DNA from: a virus
Taxonomy: Duplodnaviria > Caudoviricetes
Strand: one strand, 5' to 3'
Virus record (IMG/VR): IMGVR_UViG_3300032038_007781
Location: 32,001-96,000 of that record
DNA: 64,000 nucleotides
Shown: in pieces, positions 9,722-19,897 of the stretch
Position numbering within the stretch: position 1 is the stretch's first letter
How the letters are laid out: each line of letters starts with the position of its first letter
Notes under the pieces: generated by a model
Databases searched by the model: none
Told to the model about the DNA's origin: nothing
The model's input: only the letters and a program-made list of their open reading frames with translations
Translations under genes and position numbers: made by a program

Positions 9722-12717
9722 TGGCAGTAAGTACATCATCAAATAAAGTATCTTCTCAAGTGCAAATAAATAGTAATGCTTTAGTAGGAAAAACTGAAGG
9801 TGCTAAAAATAATGCATTAGATACAAAGAAAAAATCAGTAGTACAAGATAAGGTAAATGAATATCAGAAAAAAATTAAAGATTCTGAAAGGAAAGTGTAT
9901 GCCAATCTTGATACTGCAATGGCAATTATGGAAGACTTGCCTGCATTTGTTGATGCTGGGATGGATATACTTACGTCTAATTCTTTTAATTTTTCTTTAA
10001 GTCCGTTGGGGTTACTAATGGATTTATTATCAAAACTCGGTGTAACTGATGAAGAATTAAAAGCTTTTTTAGTTGATTTGTTGGTTGATGTTTTACCTGC
10101 TGTTGAACTTGGTATTAAAGCTTCATTACTATCTAATATCAAATCAATAGTATCTTGTGCAGCTGACCCAAGAATACCAAAGCAATTAAGACAAAGAACT
10201 GGAGAATACTATTTTGATGAATTAAAATATAAATTTAAATCATATGATGGAACACCATCTGCTGAAGCAGAACGTGGAATGTTAATAGACTGTGATTCAA
10301 TTGACCCTGAAGGTATATTAGCATTTTCGCCTTATAGTGATAAAGGTAAAAATTATTACTTTGGCGTTCTTTATGATGAAATGGCTAAGTTTTTGAAAGA
10401 CTTTGGTGTTTCTGAAAACGCTGGATACAATATAACGCAAAAAACTGATGGGTCAAATGAAGTGAATAGGAATGCTATTTATGGGAATAAGAGAAGTAAA
10501 TGGGAACTATGTAGGGCTGAAGATAGAAATGCCTTTATATGGTTTGTAATGCATGTTGCAAAATTTCCTTCTCCAACAGAAGCAGTTATTTCAGGACAAA
10601 CAGTATCAATAAATGGTACTAAATTTGTTGATATGTCAGGCCAAGATGGAAAGACAAGCCTTTTTACACCGATGAATCTTAATGTTATTGATGAAAATGA
10701 ATCATCTAATGTATCAGTAGGTACAGCAATTGTTAATGAAAATACACCTAACGAAATAGCATTATGCATAGGTGTTAACTATGAAGAACAAGATATTTCA
10801 GATACAGGCGCAAGAAGAATTTTTTCTAATCAATTTGTACCTGTTTCAAGTAATTGGAATAGTGCTGATTTATATGTTGATAAAACTAAATATTATAACT
10901 ATAATTTAGGGTATAAATCTAAAAGCAGTATAGATGATTATACAAACCAAATAGCTATATGCAATTTGCAATATATGCAGCCTACTGATTATGCAACATC
11001 ATATGTGGGAGGGTCAACGCAAAAGCTTAAATTTACTATTTTGCCTAAACCATATGTATATCTACCATATGTTGATACAGGTGAGCCTATATGGAGAGCA
11101 AAAAGAATATTATTTGATGCTTATGGGAATCCTAACCCAAATGGTGCTTTTTCACTGCCAACTGAAAGAATGAATTCTAAAAATTTGCCATATGTTCATA
11201 ATGATAAAATAGGACTTTTTAATAGTAATATGGCAGTAACTGAAGCAATGAATAACGCTTCATATTTAGATAATCTTAAAGATGTTGCTGTTATGATTTA
11301 CAGTGAAACGGTTGATGGTGTAAAGGACATTAATAAAGTTAAAGCTAAAATAGTAGAAACTTATGAAGCTCATGAAATATTAGCTTTTAAAATGTCAATT
11401 AAAGCGTGGAAACCGTCTAATTCGCAAAGCGACCCTACTGATACAGACTCTACAAAGGCTAAATATATATCAGTTCTTACTGAATGCCTAAATACTAAAA
11501 TAGCTAAAAGTGAAGAAAATGGTAATGGGTATGTAAAATTAATGGTTGGCGAAGAAGAGGATTCTTGTGGGTTATACATTAGCATAGACACAGGTGACTA
11601 TTTTTTGGCTGATTACAATGATATAAATAATAGGGAAGGTGATTATACCAAACATTTAGTACAATGCTATAAAGGTCTTACAGTGTATGAATTTAACTAT
11701 GATTTTGTCATGGGAATGAAGCTACTTGACTCTAAAGTTGTATGTTATAAACTATTGGAAGCAGCAACTAACCCAAGTAATGATGCTTCTTTTGAAGTTG
11801 GGTTTGATTTTGTAAGCAAAAGTAATGATGGAAAATCAGACATTAATTTCAATGATATGAGAAATTCTATTGTTGAAATTGTTAGGGAAATTGTTGAAAC
11901 TGAAGATTCTGAATTGTCTGATTGTTTTTTTAAGTTTGACAATAGCAGATTTGAATCAATGCTAAAAACTGCTGAAGAAAAAAGATATAATCAGCAACCA
12001 TATATAAACGATAAGAATAATTCGGTAGATTTTACTGATGTATATAGCATGCTTCAAGAATATCCTGAATATGGTACTAAAGAAGAACAGAAAAAAGTAA
12101 TTAGTAATGTAATAACAGCAGCTACGGCTAAAATTAGCCAAACTAATGGAAGTGCATTAACAACAGCTTACACAACTGCTGACACCAAAAAAGTTAAAAT
12201 TAATTTTACTACCAACATGATAAGTCAACTTGTATCTGTTATAGTAGAATCAATATTAAGTCCTAAACTATTAATGCTTATTGCAGTTAACAAGCAATTA
12301 ATGGGTGATGGAGGTGAAACATTTAATGCTAATGATTTGCTTAACGGAATGAAAGGTGTTGTTGTGGGTATAGTTAAAGAAATAAGGGATTTAATAATTA
12401 AGAAAATACTTGATTATGTTCTTGATTCTGTTGGTAAATTGGCTGTTTATTTAAAAGTTGAAGTTTATAAAGAACAGATATCAGTTTATCAAAACATTTT
12501 ATCACAATTAATGGCATTGTTAAACGTTGGCAAGTCTTATTATGCCCGATTAAATTCAGTATTAGAAGGGTTAAAGAGTAAATTTAGCGGTTCTGAATAT
12601 TATAACAATGGAAACGGATATGATTATGATTTGCCTACAATTATAGACAATGTAGGATATGCTGATATTATAGCAAATAATAATACTGATAAACCAGTAT
12701 CTACAGATAATTGTTAA
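9721..12717 (+). CDS. large putative virion (tail/baseplate-associated) protein
   Basis: 998 aa with amphipathic helical termini; lies in an operon with a gp5-like gene; function inferred from context. Confidence 0.5.
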   Translation: MAVSTSSNKVSSQVQINSNALVGKTEGAKNNALDTKKKSVVQDKVNEYQKKIKDSERKVYANLDTAMAIMEDLPAFVDAGMDILTSNSFNFSLSPLGLLMDLLSKLGVTDEELKAFLVDLLVDVLPAVELGIKASLLSNIKSIVSCAADPRIPKQLRQRTGEYYFDELKYKFKSYDGTPSAEAERGMLIDCDSIDPEGILAFSPYSDKGKNYYFGVLYDEMAKFLKDFGVSENAGYNITQKTDGSNEVNRNAIYGNKRSKWELCRAEDRNAFIWFVMHVAKFPSPTEAVISGQTVSINGTKFVDMSGQDGKTSLFTPMNLNVIDENESSNVSVGTAIVNENTPNEIALCIGVNYEEQDISDTGARRIFSNQFVPVSSNWNSADLYVDKTKYYNYNLGYKSKSSIDDYTNQIAICNLQYMQPTDYATSYVGGSTQKLKFTILPKPYVYLPYVDTGEPIWRAKRILFDAYGNPNPNGAFSLPTERMNSKNLPYVHNDKIGLFNSNMAVTEAMNNASYLDNLKDVAVMIYSETVDGVKDINKVKAKIVETYEAHEILAFKMSIKAWKPSNSQSDPTDTDSTKAKYISVLTECLNTKIAKSEENGNGYVKLMVGEEEDSCGLYISIDTGDYFLADYNDINNREGDYTKHLVQCYKGLTVYEFNYDFVMGMKLLDSKVVCYKLLEAATNPSNDASFEVGFDFVSKSNDGKSDINFNDMRNSIVEIVREIVETEDSELSDCFFKFDNSRFESMLKTAEEKRYNQQPYINDKNNSVDFTDVYSMLQEYPEYGTKEEQKKVISNVITAATAKISQTNGSALTTAYTTADTKKVKINFTTNMISQLVSVIVESILSPKLLMLIAVNKQLMGDGGETFNANDLLNGMKGVVVGIVKEIRDLIIKKILDYVLDSVGKLAVYLKVEVYKEQISVYQNILSQLMALLNVGKSYYARLNSVLEGLKSKFSGSEYYNNGNGYDYDLPTIIDNVGYADIIANNNTDKPVSTDNC

Positions 12718-12719
12718 AA

Positions 12720-13112
12720 ATGAATATAAGTTCAATAACAAGACCAATAAATGCAGTTTTTGAATCAATAAGGTCAGCTGCACCAATTATACCTCCAATG
12801 CTTATGGCGATAGGCGGTTTTAAAAAGCCTGGGTTATCCACTGTTATATCAGTTGGTAATATTGTTAAAGCTTTGCAAAAACACGGAATACCTACAGGTC
12901 ACTTTAAAGATGGTAATGAAAATAAAACCGTTGCAGTAATATTTGCTATTGTTGAAGAAATATATAGGGCTTTACATGAAGATGCAAATATTCAAATTGC
13001 AATGCAACCTGGTGCAGTAACAGTCATAACTACTGGTTCTAATTCAGGTGGCCCTATGATTTCACAAGGAATTAATACAAATTTTGCTAACGGTACAGCA
13101 ATTATACAATAA
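12720..13112 (+). CDS. hypothetical baseplate-region protein
   Basis: ORF from ATG 12720 with C-terminal GSNSGGP. Confidence 0.6.
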   Translation: MNISSITRPINAVFESIRSAAPIIPPMLMAIGGFKKPGLSTVISVGNIVKALQKHGIPTGHFKDGNENKTVAVIFAIVEEIYRALHEDANIQIAMQPGAVTVITTGSNSGGPMISQGINTNFANGTAIIQ

Positions 13113-13113
13113 A

Positions 13114-13296
13114 ATGGAAAATTATAAAAATTATACTAATGCTGAACTTAATTTAAAACTTAAAGCATTGGAAAATAAATACGAAGCTAATAAAAGAAAA
13201 GTTTTGCAACTTATACATGAAATGCAAGAACTTGATATTGATTATTCCAATGCTAAAAAAGAGATAGATAAACGAAGTAAAGGATTATGGCGATAA
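13114..13296 (+). CDS. small coiled-coil hypothetical protein
   Basis: 60-aa ORF from ATG 13114 overlapping the next start. Confidence 0.65.
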   Translation: MENYKNYTNAELNLKLKALENKYEANKRKVLQLIHEMQELDIDYSNAKKEIDKRSKGLWR

Positions 13297-14240
13297 TAGT
13301 AAAAATGGGTCATGTAGAAGAAACTACAACTGACCCTGCAGGTGGTCTAAGAATTAAAGCAAGGACTAAACAAGATGGGAGCTCTGAATTACCTTGGGCA
13401 TTCCCTCTAATGCCTAAACAGTTTCAAGTAGTGCCTAAAGTTGGCGAAGGTGTGTTTATTATCAATGAAGATGATAAGAGAAAAGATAGCAATAGGTATT
13501 ATATAGGACCAATTATTCCACAGCCGCAATATAATACCAAAAGTGAATTCCAATATGGTAGAGGGGAAGCATTAGCCTGTTTAGATGGTAGGGCGGTTGA
13601 AGCTTTGGGTAATATATCTAATGATTCAAGGACAGATGGTTCTTTTCCTGAGATTGGTGATGTATCAGTTGTTGGAAGGGACAGTCAAGACATGATAATG
13701 AGACACACAAAAGAAGGGTCTGATGAAGTTGTTCTTAGATGCGGTATAAGAAAGGAAGACACACTTGCAAATATTGGTTCAAGAAAAGAAGGCACTATTC
13801 TTAATGTAGGCAAAATAATTTTTAATAATGTTGACCCTGCTTATATACAAATGAAGTATAAGGAAAATTTGGGTACATTATCTAAAAATTATAATGCTAA
13901 CGCAGGTGAAAAGATTAGTCAATCTAATTACATGAATAGTGCAATTAATATTGTTGCAGACAAGATTAACATTGTAGGCGTTAGAGATACGTCTATTAAT
14001 GTCGAAAAAACAAAGAATAAATCTTTAATTAGTGATGGTGATATGGATGAAATGATGTCGCAGCTCCATCAACTCCCTAAAGGTGATGTGCTTGTAAAAT
14101 TTCTTAAATTATTATGTGATGCATTTTTAAATCATGTACATAATTACAATGGTTTACCACCAGTTGTAGCTGATTATGTTCTTTCAGTTAAGAATTTTGA
14201 CTTGAACGATATACTATCAACAGTAGTTCGCATATCTTAA
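13287..14240 (+). CDS. gp5/gpV-like baseplate hub/central spike protein
   Basis: N-terminal OB-fold signature DP..G.RIKAR...LPWAFP...PKVGEGV and C-terminal HxH (HVH) motif. Confidence 0.7.
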   Translation: MAIIVKMGHVEETTTDPAGGLRIKARTKQDGSSELPWAFPLMPKQFQVVPKVGEGVFIINEDDKRKDSNRYYIGPIIPQPQYNTKSEFQYGRGEALACLDGRAVEALGNISNDSRTDGSFPEIGDVSVVGRDSQDMIMRHTKEGSDEVVLRCGIRKEDTLANIGSRKEGTILNVGKIIFNNVDPAYIQMKYKENLGTLSKNYNANAGEKISQSNYMNSAINIVADKINIVGVRDTSINVEKTKNKSLISDGDMDEMMSQLHQLPKGDVLVKFLKLLCDAFLNHVHNYNGLPPVVADYVLSVKNFDLNDILSTVVRIS

Positions 14241-14242
14241 AA

Positions 14243-14250
14243 TATTTATA
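14243..14250 (+). promoter_or_regulatory. putative late promoter TATTTATA
   Basis: 17 nt upstream of ATG 14268. Confidence 0.6.
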
Positions 14251-14267
14251 GTAAATATAGTAAAGAA

Positions 14268-15791
14268 ATGATACAACGTACATATTTAAGCAAATTTAAT
14301 ACTATTATTAAAGAAAGCAAAATAAATACTGGCATAAACCCTATATCAGAATTGGTATATGGTTTACACACTACGAGAATGTTATTTTATTTTGACCATA
14401 GCAAAATAAAAGAAATGGTTAAAAATGGAATATTCCCAAATGTAGATAAACTAAAGCATACACTACATATAACAAATGCAGGCTCTTTAGATTTTACACA
14501 ATTACATGGAAAAAATGCAAGTTCTATTGGTAATGGTGTTAAAAAACGTGCAACGTCTTTTGATATTATTTTTTTCCTTGTGCCACAAGAATGGGATAGA
14601 GGTAAAGGTTTTGACTATACCAAAAATGCTTTTAATATAGATTATTTTGACGTTAAAAATAGGCATAATGCATCAAGATTAGTGTCATACGATGGAAGTA
14701 ATTGGTATCAACCTAAAAATGGCTATAAGTGGCCTGAAGATGGTATATATTCTACAGATACGTTATCAAAAGAATACGATAAATTTTCTTCTGAAATGGG
14801 AAGTGAAATTATTATAGGTAGACAACATTTTGATATTGGCAATGAAAATATATCATTGGATATAACAGACATTTTCAATAAGTTTATTACAGGTGAATTG
14901 GAAAATTATGGTATTGCTGTAGCATTTACGCCAGACTTTGAAAACACGTCAGAAAAAAATACTTATACTTATTATAGGTCAGAAAGTTTACAGGATAATT
15001 ATGTTGGCTTTTTAACAGATAAAACAAACACATTTTTTGAACCATATGTAGAAACTGAATATTCTGACTATATTTCTGATGATAGGGCTAATTTCGTTAT
15101 AGACAAGGACAATAAATTATATCTTTATTGTACAATAGGTGGCAAATTGACGAACCTTGACGAATTACCTAAATGCACAGTATCAGGTGATGTTTATTCT
15201 GAAGAAAATGGTTGTTATGAAGAATTTTCAAAAGATTATGAAGTAAAACAACATTCAACTGGTGTTTACTATATAGATATCAATTTGTCACATAACGATT
15301 TTGAGCCCAATACAATGCTTTATGACACTTGGACTAATATTATATACCATGGAACAAAATTAAGCGATGTAGGGCTCGATTTTACCCTTAAACAACCATC
15401 TGTATGGTTTAATATTGGTAACTCAATAGAAGATGAGCCAACATTTACACCTCAAGTGTTTGGTATTGCTGACAATGAAGAAATAAAACGTGGTGATGTT
15501 AGAAAACTTGGCGTTATAACAAGGGTAAACTACACACCAAATCAAGTACAAAATATTGACGGTATAGAAGCAAGATTATATATAAAAGACGGTGAAAGGG
15601 AAATAGATGTTATTAAATGGGAGCATTTAAATAAAACAATAACAGAAAGTTATATGATAATTGATACTAATATGTTAATACCGCAAAATTATTATGTGGA
15701 TATTAAAATAAATTACGGTATGCAATCAATTATACATCACGATAAAATACATTTTAAAATTGTGGATGATTTAAATAATAAGTATGCATAA
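14268..15791 (+). CDS. putative baseplate/structural protein
   Basis: 507 aa, beta-rich; follows the gp5-like gene; late motif upstream. Confidence 0.55.
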   Translation: MIQRTYLSKFNTIIKESKINTGINPISELVYGLHTTRMLFYFDHSKIKEMVKNGIFPNVDKLKHTLHITNAGSLDFTQLHGKNASSIGNGVKKRATSFDIIFFLVPQEWDRGKGFDYTKNAFNIDYFDVKNRHNASRLVSYDGSNWYQPKNGYKWPEDGIYSTDTLSKEYDKFSSEMGSEIIIGRQHFDIGNENISLDITDIFNKFITGELENYGIAVAFTPDFENTSEKNTYTYYRSESLQDNYVGFLTDKTNTFFEPYVETEYSDYISDDRANFVIDKDNKLYLYCTIGGKLTNLDELPKCTVSGDVYSEENGCYEEFSKDYEVKQHSTGVYYIDINLSHNDFEPNTMLYDTWTNIIYHGTKLSDVGLDFTLKQPSVWFNIGNSIEDEPTFTPQVFGIADNEEIKRGDVRKLGVITRVNYTPNQVQNIDGIEARLYIKDGEREIDVIKWEHLNKTITESYMIIDTNMLIPQNYYVDIKINYGMQSIIHHDKIHFKIVDDLNNKYA

Positions 15792-15886
15792 ATGCTATTA
15801 TAATAAATAGTGATGTTCCTATCAGCAACGTTTATAGTTTTGTAGCTATTTAAGGTATATAATAATTGTTTGATAAAAAAAAAGAA

Positions 15887-15917
15887 ATGGGTGAATCAAT
15901 CTTGTTGGTTCACCCAT
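15887..15917. terminator. terminator between convergent genes
   Basis: ATGGGTGAA...TTCACCCAT stem with an A-run on the left. Confidence 0.75.
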
Positions 15918-15975
15918 ATGTTTAATGACTCTAAAATAGTCTGAGATTGTGGCTGTGCTGATAGTAGCTTAGTAT

Positions 15976-16875
15976 TTATTTTTTAATTAAAAAAGTCCCT
16001 CCATCATCACTTTCCCCAACCTTAATGAAACCATATTTCATAATGGAATTAGCAAAAGTAGTTTCATCAACACCATCTGTTGGGCATACCCTTAAGTAAA
16101 ACTGATAGCCACTGTATTTGTTAAGAATATATTCCAGCAACCTTTTGGATATTCCCATATTTCGAAAACCTTTATTAACAGCAATATCGGCAAGGTCAAT
16201 TACACGCTTATCATTATCAAGTTTCCTAACTACATTATATGCAATATCATGACCGTCTTCAATGCTGTCACTTATGTTGCTATAAATATCATCTGGATAG
16301 CATATATAATAGTTTAAATACCCAGCCTCATTACCATTATAATATGCGCCAACACAAAGGCCACCATATTCATCGCTGCCATCTTCAAATTCAAGACCAC
16401 TGCTCATACTCTCATATATGTTAGAATGAACAGATAAATCATTTGAATCTCCTTCAGACCCTTTATAAACTATTTTAATCGCTGAAATAGGTATAGGAAT
16501 ATCATAAACAAAACATCCTTTCATTGATTTATCTGGGTCTCTGAGTATATGTTTCTTATCTAATTGTGAAACATCAATTCTATAAATATCATCATCGTAA
16601 GTTGAATCATACTCACCATTGTTAATTGTATCATGGTCATATAAGAAAACATAAGGCTTTAAATCTTCTCTGTCATCCCAATGTGCTTTATATGAATCAC
16701 CAACAGAAGGAACTAACCCATTTTTTATAATAGAACGTCTAACAGTAATAGGTGCTTTATGATAAAGAAATCTTGGAAATTTATATTTAAGAGTCTCTTC
16801 CATCACTTGAATAACAGACTCCTTTATGATTGTATGAAGGTCAGATTCTGTTAATTTTATAAGTTTCTTAGGCAT
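15976..16875 (-). CDS. leader-tagged two-domain protein: ADP-ribosyltransferase/Tpt1-like domain plus GNAT acetyltransferase
   Basis: Leader KKLIKLTESDLHTIIKESV; LYHKAP...IIKNGLVP...YVFL...IYRIDV...IPISAI (ART/KptA-like); IAVNKGFRNMGISKRLLE (GNAT motif A). Confidence 0.6.
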   Translation of the reverse strand: MPKKLIKLTESDLHTIIKESVIQVMEETLKYKFPRFLYHKAPITVRRSIIKNGLVPSVGDSYKAHWDDREDLKPYVFLYDHDTINNGEYDSTYDDDIYRIDVSQLDKKHILRDPDKSMKGCFVYDIPIPISAIKIVYKGSEGDSNDLSVHSNIYESMSSGLEFEDGSDEYGGLCVGAYYNGNEAGYLNYYICYPDDIYSNISDSIEDGHDIAYNVVRKLDNDKRVIDLADIAVNKGFRNMGISKRLLEYILNKYSGYQFYLRVCPTDGVDETTFANSIMKYGFIKVGESDDGGTFLIKK

Positions 16876-16930
16876 ATTTGTCTTTTTTTGTTTAATTTCT
16901 AATATAAATAGTTTGTTTGATAAAAAAAAT

Positions 16931-16954
16931 AAACGCAGCCAATTGACTGCGTTT
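16931..16954 (-). terminator. intrinsic terminator
   Basis: AAACGCAG...CTGCGTTT stem with T-run on the minus strand. Confidence 0.75.
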
Positions 16955-16967
16955 CAATTTTATTTTG

Positions 16968-18005
16968 TTATCCAATAACAAACTTATCCATAAAGTTCAG
17001 TAATGCAACATTTTGTGGGATTACCTGAACACTATCCATCTGCTGCGCCTTCTGTGTGTCAGTAGCTGCATTGTAAAAATCCCAAGCTGTAATGAACCCC
17101 TGTTTGTTAGGGTCAGCATAAGAATTCTGTTTTGCCTTGATAAGGCAAGTTTCGATAAATGTATTCAACTGAGAGTTGTTAAGTGGATATGTTTCCTTAA
17201 CGTGAATACTCTGAACTGTTGTGTCACACTGAACACGATATGCTGCAAGTACGCCAAATAATCCATACATTACATTAGCAGGGATGACAGTACTCTTCAT
17301 CTTCTTGATTCGCTCGCTTCCATTGTGTGCGATTGAATCCATATGGTCTAACCAATCAGCAATCTTCTGAAGAATACTTTCATAATTCATCTTAACACGT
17401 GAATAGCGACCTTTGTTAGGTGTAGTACCATCATTGAAGGTAGAAATAGTCTGTTCAGCACCAAGGATTGTCATGTTATGACAAGCATATACGTGCTGTC
17501 CTACAGCTGCTTGTATACCACGCTGTGAATAAGACAATGTAAGTGCGTTAGTATATTCAGAACTTTCATCGAAATCCTTAATCACAATATTGCAGAACAC
17601 ACGTCTTACAATTGTTGCGTGAATGTTTCTTTGCTGAAGTAATTCTGGTTCGTCAATACGCTTTGCAATATCATCAACGATTGATACGCCAGGCCACTGT
17701 GAAGAACCTTGCTTACAAGCAAAAAGGTCACGAATTTCAGCGTTGAATCCACGTTCATTACACATATCAAGAACTTTTTGAATGAACTGATAATGAAGAA
17801 TGCCATTGTTAGGAGCACCATTTCCACCAAGTTCACGTGAAGTCTGACGAAGTTGGTCAAGAGTTAAGTCTTGAACCTTTTTTTCAGACCAATCCTCGAA
17901 GTGGTCAAAGTCGATAACTGATGGTGTAGTTTCTACATTGTTTTCTACTACTACGTTGTCTACTGCTGTTGGCATCTGAAATGCACTGAAATCTAAATTC
18001 TGCAT
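16968..18005 (-). CDS. DUF932-like early protein of the type seen in Bacteroidetes phages/mobile elements
   Basis: KVQDLTLDQL, GILHYQFIQKV, RRVFCNI, QRGIQAAVG, VYACHN, TAWDFYNAAT; family recalled from memory, not searched. Confidence 0.5.
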   Translation of the reverse strand: MQNLDFSAFQMPTAVDNVVVENNVETTPSVIDFDHFEDWSEKKVQDLTLDQLRQTSRELGGNGAPNNGILHYQFIQKVLDMCNERGFNAEIRDLFACKQGSSQWPGVSIVDDIAKRIDEPELLQQRNIHATIVRRVFCNIVIKDFDESSEYTNALTLSYSQRGIQAAVGQHVYACHNMTILGAEQTISTFNDGTTPNKGRYSRVKMNYESILQKIADWLDHMDSIAHNGSERIKKMKSTVIPANVMYGLFGVLAAYRVQCDTTVQSIHVKETYPLNNSQLNTFIETCLIKAKQNSYADPNKQGFITAWDFYNAATDTQKAQQMDSVQVIPQNVALLNFMDKFVIG

Positions 18006-18052
18006 ACTCTTCTAAAATTTGAAGTTATTAATTATTGTTTTGATTAACGACT

Positions 18053-18375
18053 GCAATATATTATTTTGCTTTCATAATTGCAAATCTTTTTTGTTAAAAG
18101 ATATTAAACATTTCGTTAATTAAATAACGTTGTTGCTTTCTTGTTAACAATGGCAATATATTCTTTTATTTCTATTTTTCCAAATAGTTTTAGTTAATGT
18201 TTGTTAAACCTATTTTTTAATTCTAAGAATAACATTTTTATATTTTTTTATTTACCTTATTATTAATTAAATTGAACATTTCATAATTTAAAACAGTTGT
18301 TTGATTTATATGTTGCAAATATAACGCTGTTTTTCTTAATAACTCTATCAAAGTTCTAAAAAAATGTTAAATAGA
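18053..18375 (-). promoter_or_regulatory. tandem host-type early promoters
   Basis: Two TTTG-N20-TATATTGC units exactly 100 bp apart (18053-18084, 18153-18184) and a third TATATTTG at 18316-18323. Confidence 0.6.
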
Positions 18376-18532
18376 CAAAATATTTCTACTTTCTTGACAA
18401 ATTCGTATGTTTTTATATCATTTAAATAAGAAATGGACAATATTTATAATTGAAAAAAAAAGGTTAAATTATAATAGTATTATAGTTTTCATACCATTTA
18501 TTTTTTTACTAACAATTTTAATTAAAAATTTT

Positions 18533-19345
18533 ATGGGAAAAAGAAAGCGTTTAGCAAACATTTCAGAAGAAGATTTGGACTTCATCAATGCAAAAATGAA
18601 AGCGCCTGAATTAAGCGATAATTATGAATATGTTGATGGATATAAGAATCAGCTAAAACTTTTAAGTTATAAATTAAACATTAAATGCAAAAATGAAAAG
18701 CAAAAAGAATTTCTAAAATCACTTAAAGATAAAAATAAAGAAATATGCTTTGGGACAGGTTCTGCTGGTACGGGTAAATCATTTATGTCGTTATCTTATG
18801 GGCTTAAGGCAATAAAGGATGGTGAATTTGATAAAATTATAATGGTAGTACCTACAGCACAAGCATCTGGAAAAGACATGGGGTTTGGTTTCCTAAAAGG
18901 TGAACTTGAAGATAAAACAAGACCATTTAAGGATGTGGATAGATATACTATTGAAAAAATCCTTAAAATGAGTGAAAATAATGAAGCAAAATTAATTTCA
19001 AGCCAACTGATTAATAGTGGGGTTATTCAATATGAATTTATTAACTTTATGTTAGGTAAAACATTTGATAATGCACTTATCCTTGTCAATGAAGCAGAAC
19101 AATATACCAAGGAAGACATGAAACTTATCCTTACTCGCATTGGTGAAAAAAGTAAACTTGTCATTACAGGTGATTGTGAACAAGTAAATAGGCAGTCAAT
19201 TGTAAAAGGAAAAGATGAATGTGGGTTATCATATGTGGCTGATAAATTGGATGGTATGGAAGAAGTTGCAGTTACAACATTTTCAAGGGAAGACATTGTT
19301 AGAAACAAATTAATTACTAAGATTCTTGACAGATTAGATTCTTAA
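18533..19345 (+). CDS. phoH: PhoH-like ATPase with divergent motifs
   Basis: Walker A GSAGTGKS, GFLKG, LTRIG, ITGDCEQ, DIVRN; ATG 18533 preferred, TATTTATA at 18441-18448 upstream. Confidence 0.9.
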   Translation: MGKRKRLANISEEDLDFINAKMKAPELSDNYEYVDGYKNQLKLLSYKLNIKCKNEKQKEFLKSLKDKNKEICFGTGSAGTGKSFMSLSYGLKAIKDGEFDKIIMVVPTAQASGKDMGFGFLKGELEDKTRPFKDVDRYTIEKILKMSENNEAKLISSQLINSGVIQYEFINFMLGKTFDNALILVNEAEQYTKEDMKLILTRIGEKSKLVITGDCEQVNRQSIVKGKDECGLSYVADKLDGMEEVAVTTFSREDIVRNKLITKILDRLDS

Positions 19346-19360
19346 TACTATTATAAAATA

Positions 19361-19391
19361 AAAGGTAGATAAGTTAACTTATCTACCTTTT
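19361..19391. terminator. bidirectional terminator
   Basis: AAAGGTAGATAAGT-TA-ACTTATCTACCTTT palindrome between convergent genes. Confidence 0.8.
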
Positions 19392-19426
19392 ATTATTTTC
19401 ACTATTATATAATTATTGACTACAGT

Positions 19427-19855
19427 TTATTCACCAATCCACCAATCTGTTACATCTTCCATAGACTCACCCATACCTTCAATGCAGTCTCGAAGACTTT
19501 CTCCATTGTTTGGGTATACATTCGATGCATATGGCGCTCCTGTGAAATGTACGCTAATTGGGGCATCAGGAAGTGGGTCATCAATGGTATATGTTTCTCC
19601 TTGATATGATGCTGTTGGGAATTCATTATTTCTTAATTGATGAACTCGTTCCATTCTATCCAAATCTTGGTATTTATCCCATAAATCGTCACTTTCGTCA
19701 CCACCGTATTTTGAGTTTCTCCATTTGTGAGTTATTTCATCAGCATAATCTTCTAACGGTCTGTTTCTCCTTGCTTCTTTTATTACTCTTTTTACCGATT
19801 TCTCCACAATCCTGTGAAGGTCTCCTTCTGTTAATCTTATAAGTTTTTTAGTCAT
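19427..19855 (-). CDS. leader-tagged small protein (putative head-internal protein)
   Basis: Leader KKLIRLTEGDLHRIVEKSVKRVIKE; TATTTATT at 19875-19882. Confidence 0.75.
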   Translation of the reverse strand: MTKKLIRLTEGDLHRIVEKSVKRVIKEARRNRPLEDYADEITHKWRNSKYGGDESDDLWDKYQDLDRMERVHQLRNNEFPTASYQGETYTIDDPLPDAPISVHFTGAPYASNVYPNNGESLRDCIEGMGESMEDVTDWWIGE

Positions 19856-19897
19856 ATTCTATATTTAATTTTTTAATAAATATCAGCAAGATTTGTT

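Noticed and set aside
18407-18532. Hydrophobic N-terminal extension of PhoH (likewise 407-481 of the HD-like gene)
   Set aside because: Overlaps promoter motifs in AT-rich intergenic DNA; downstream ATGs fit better.
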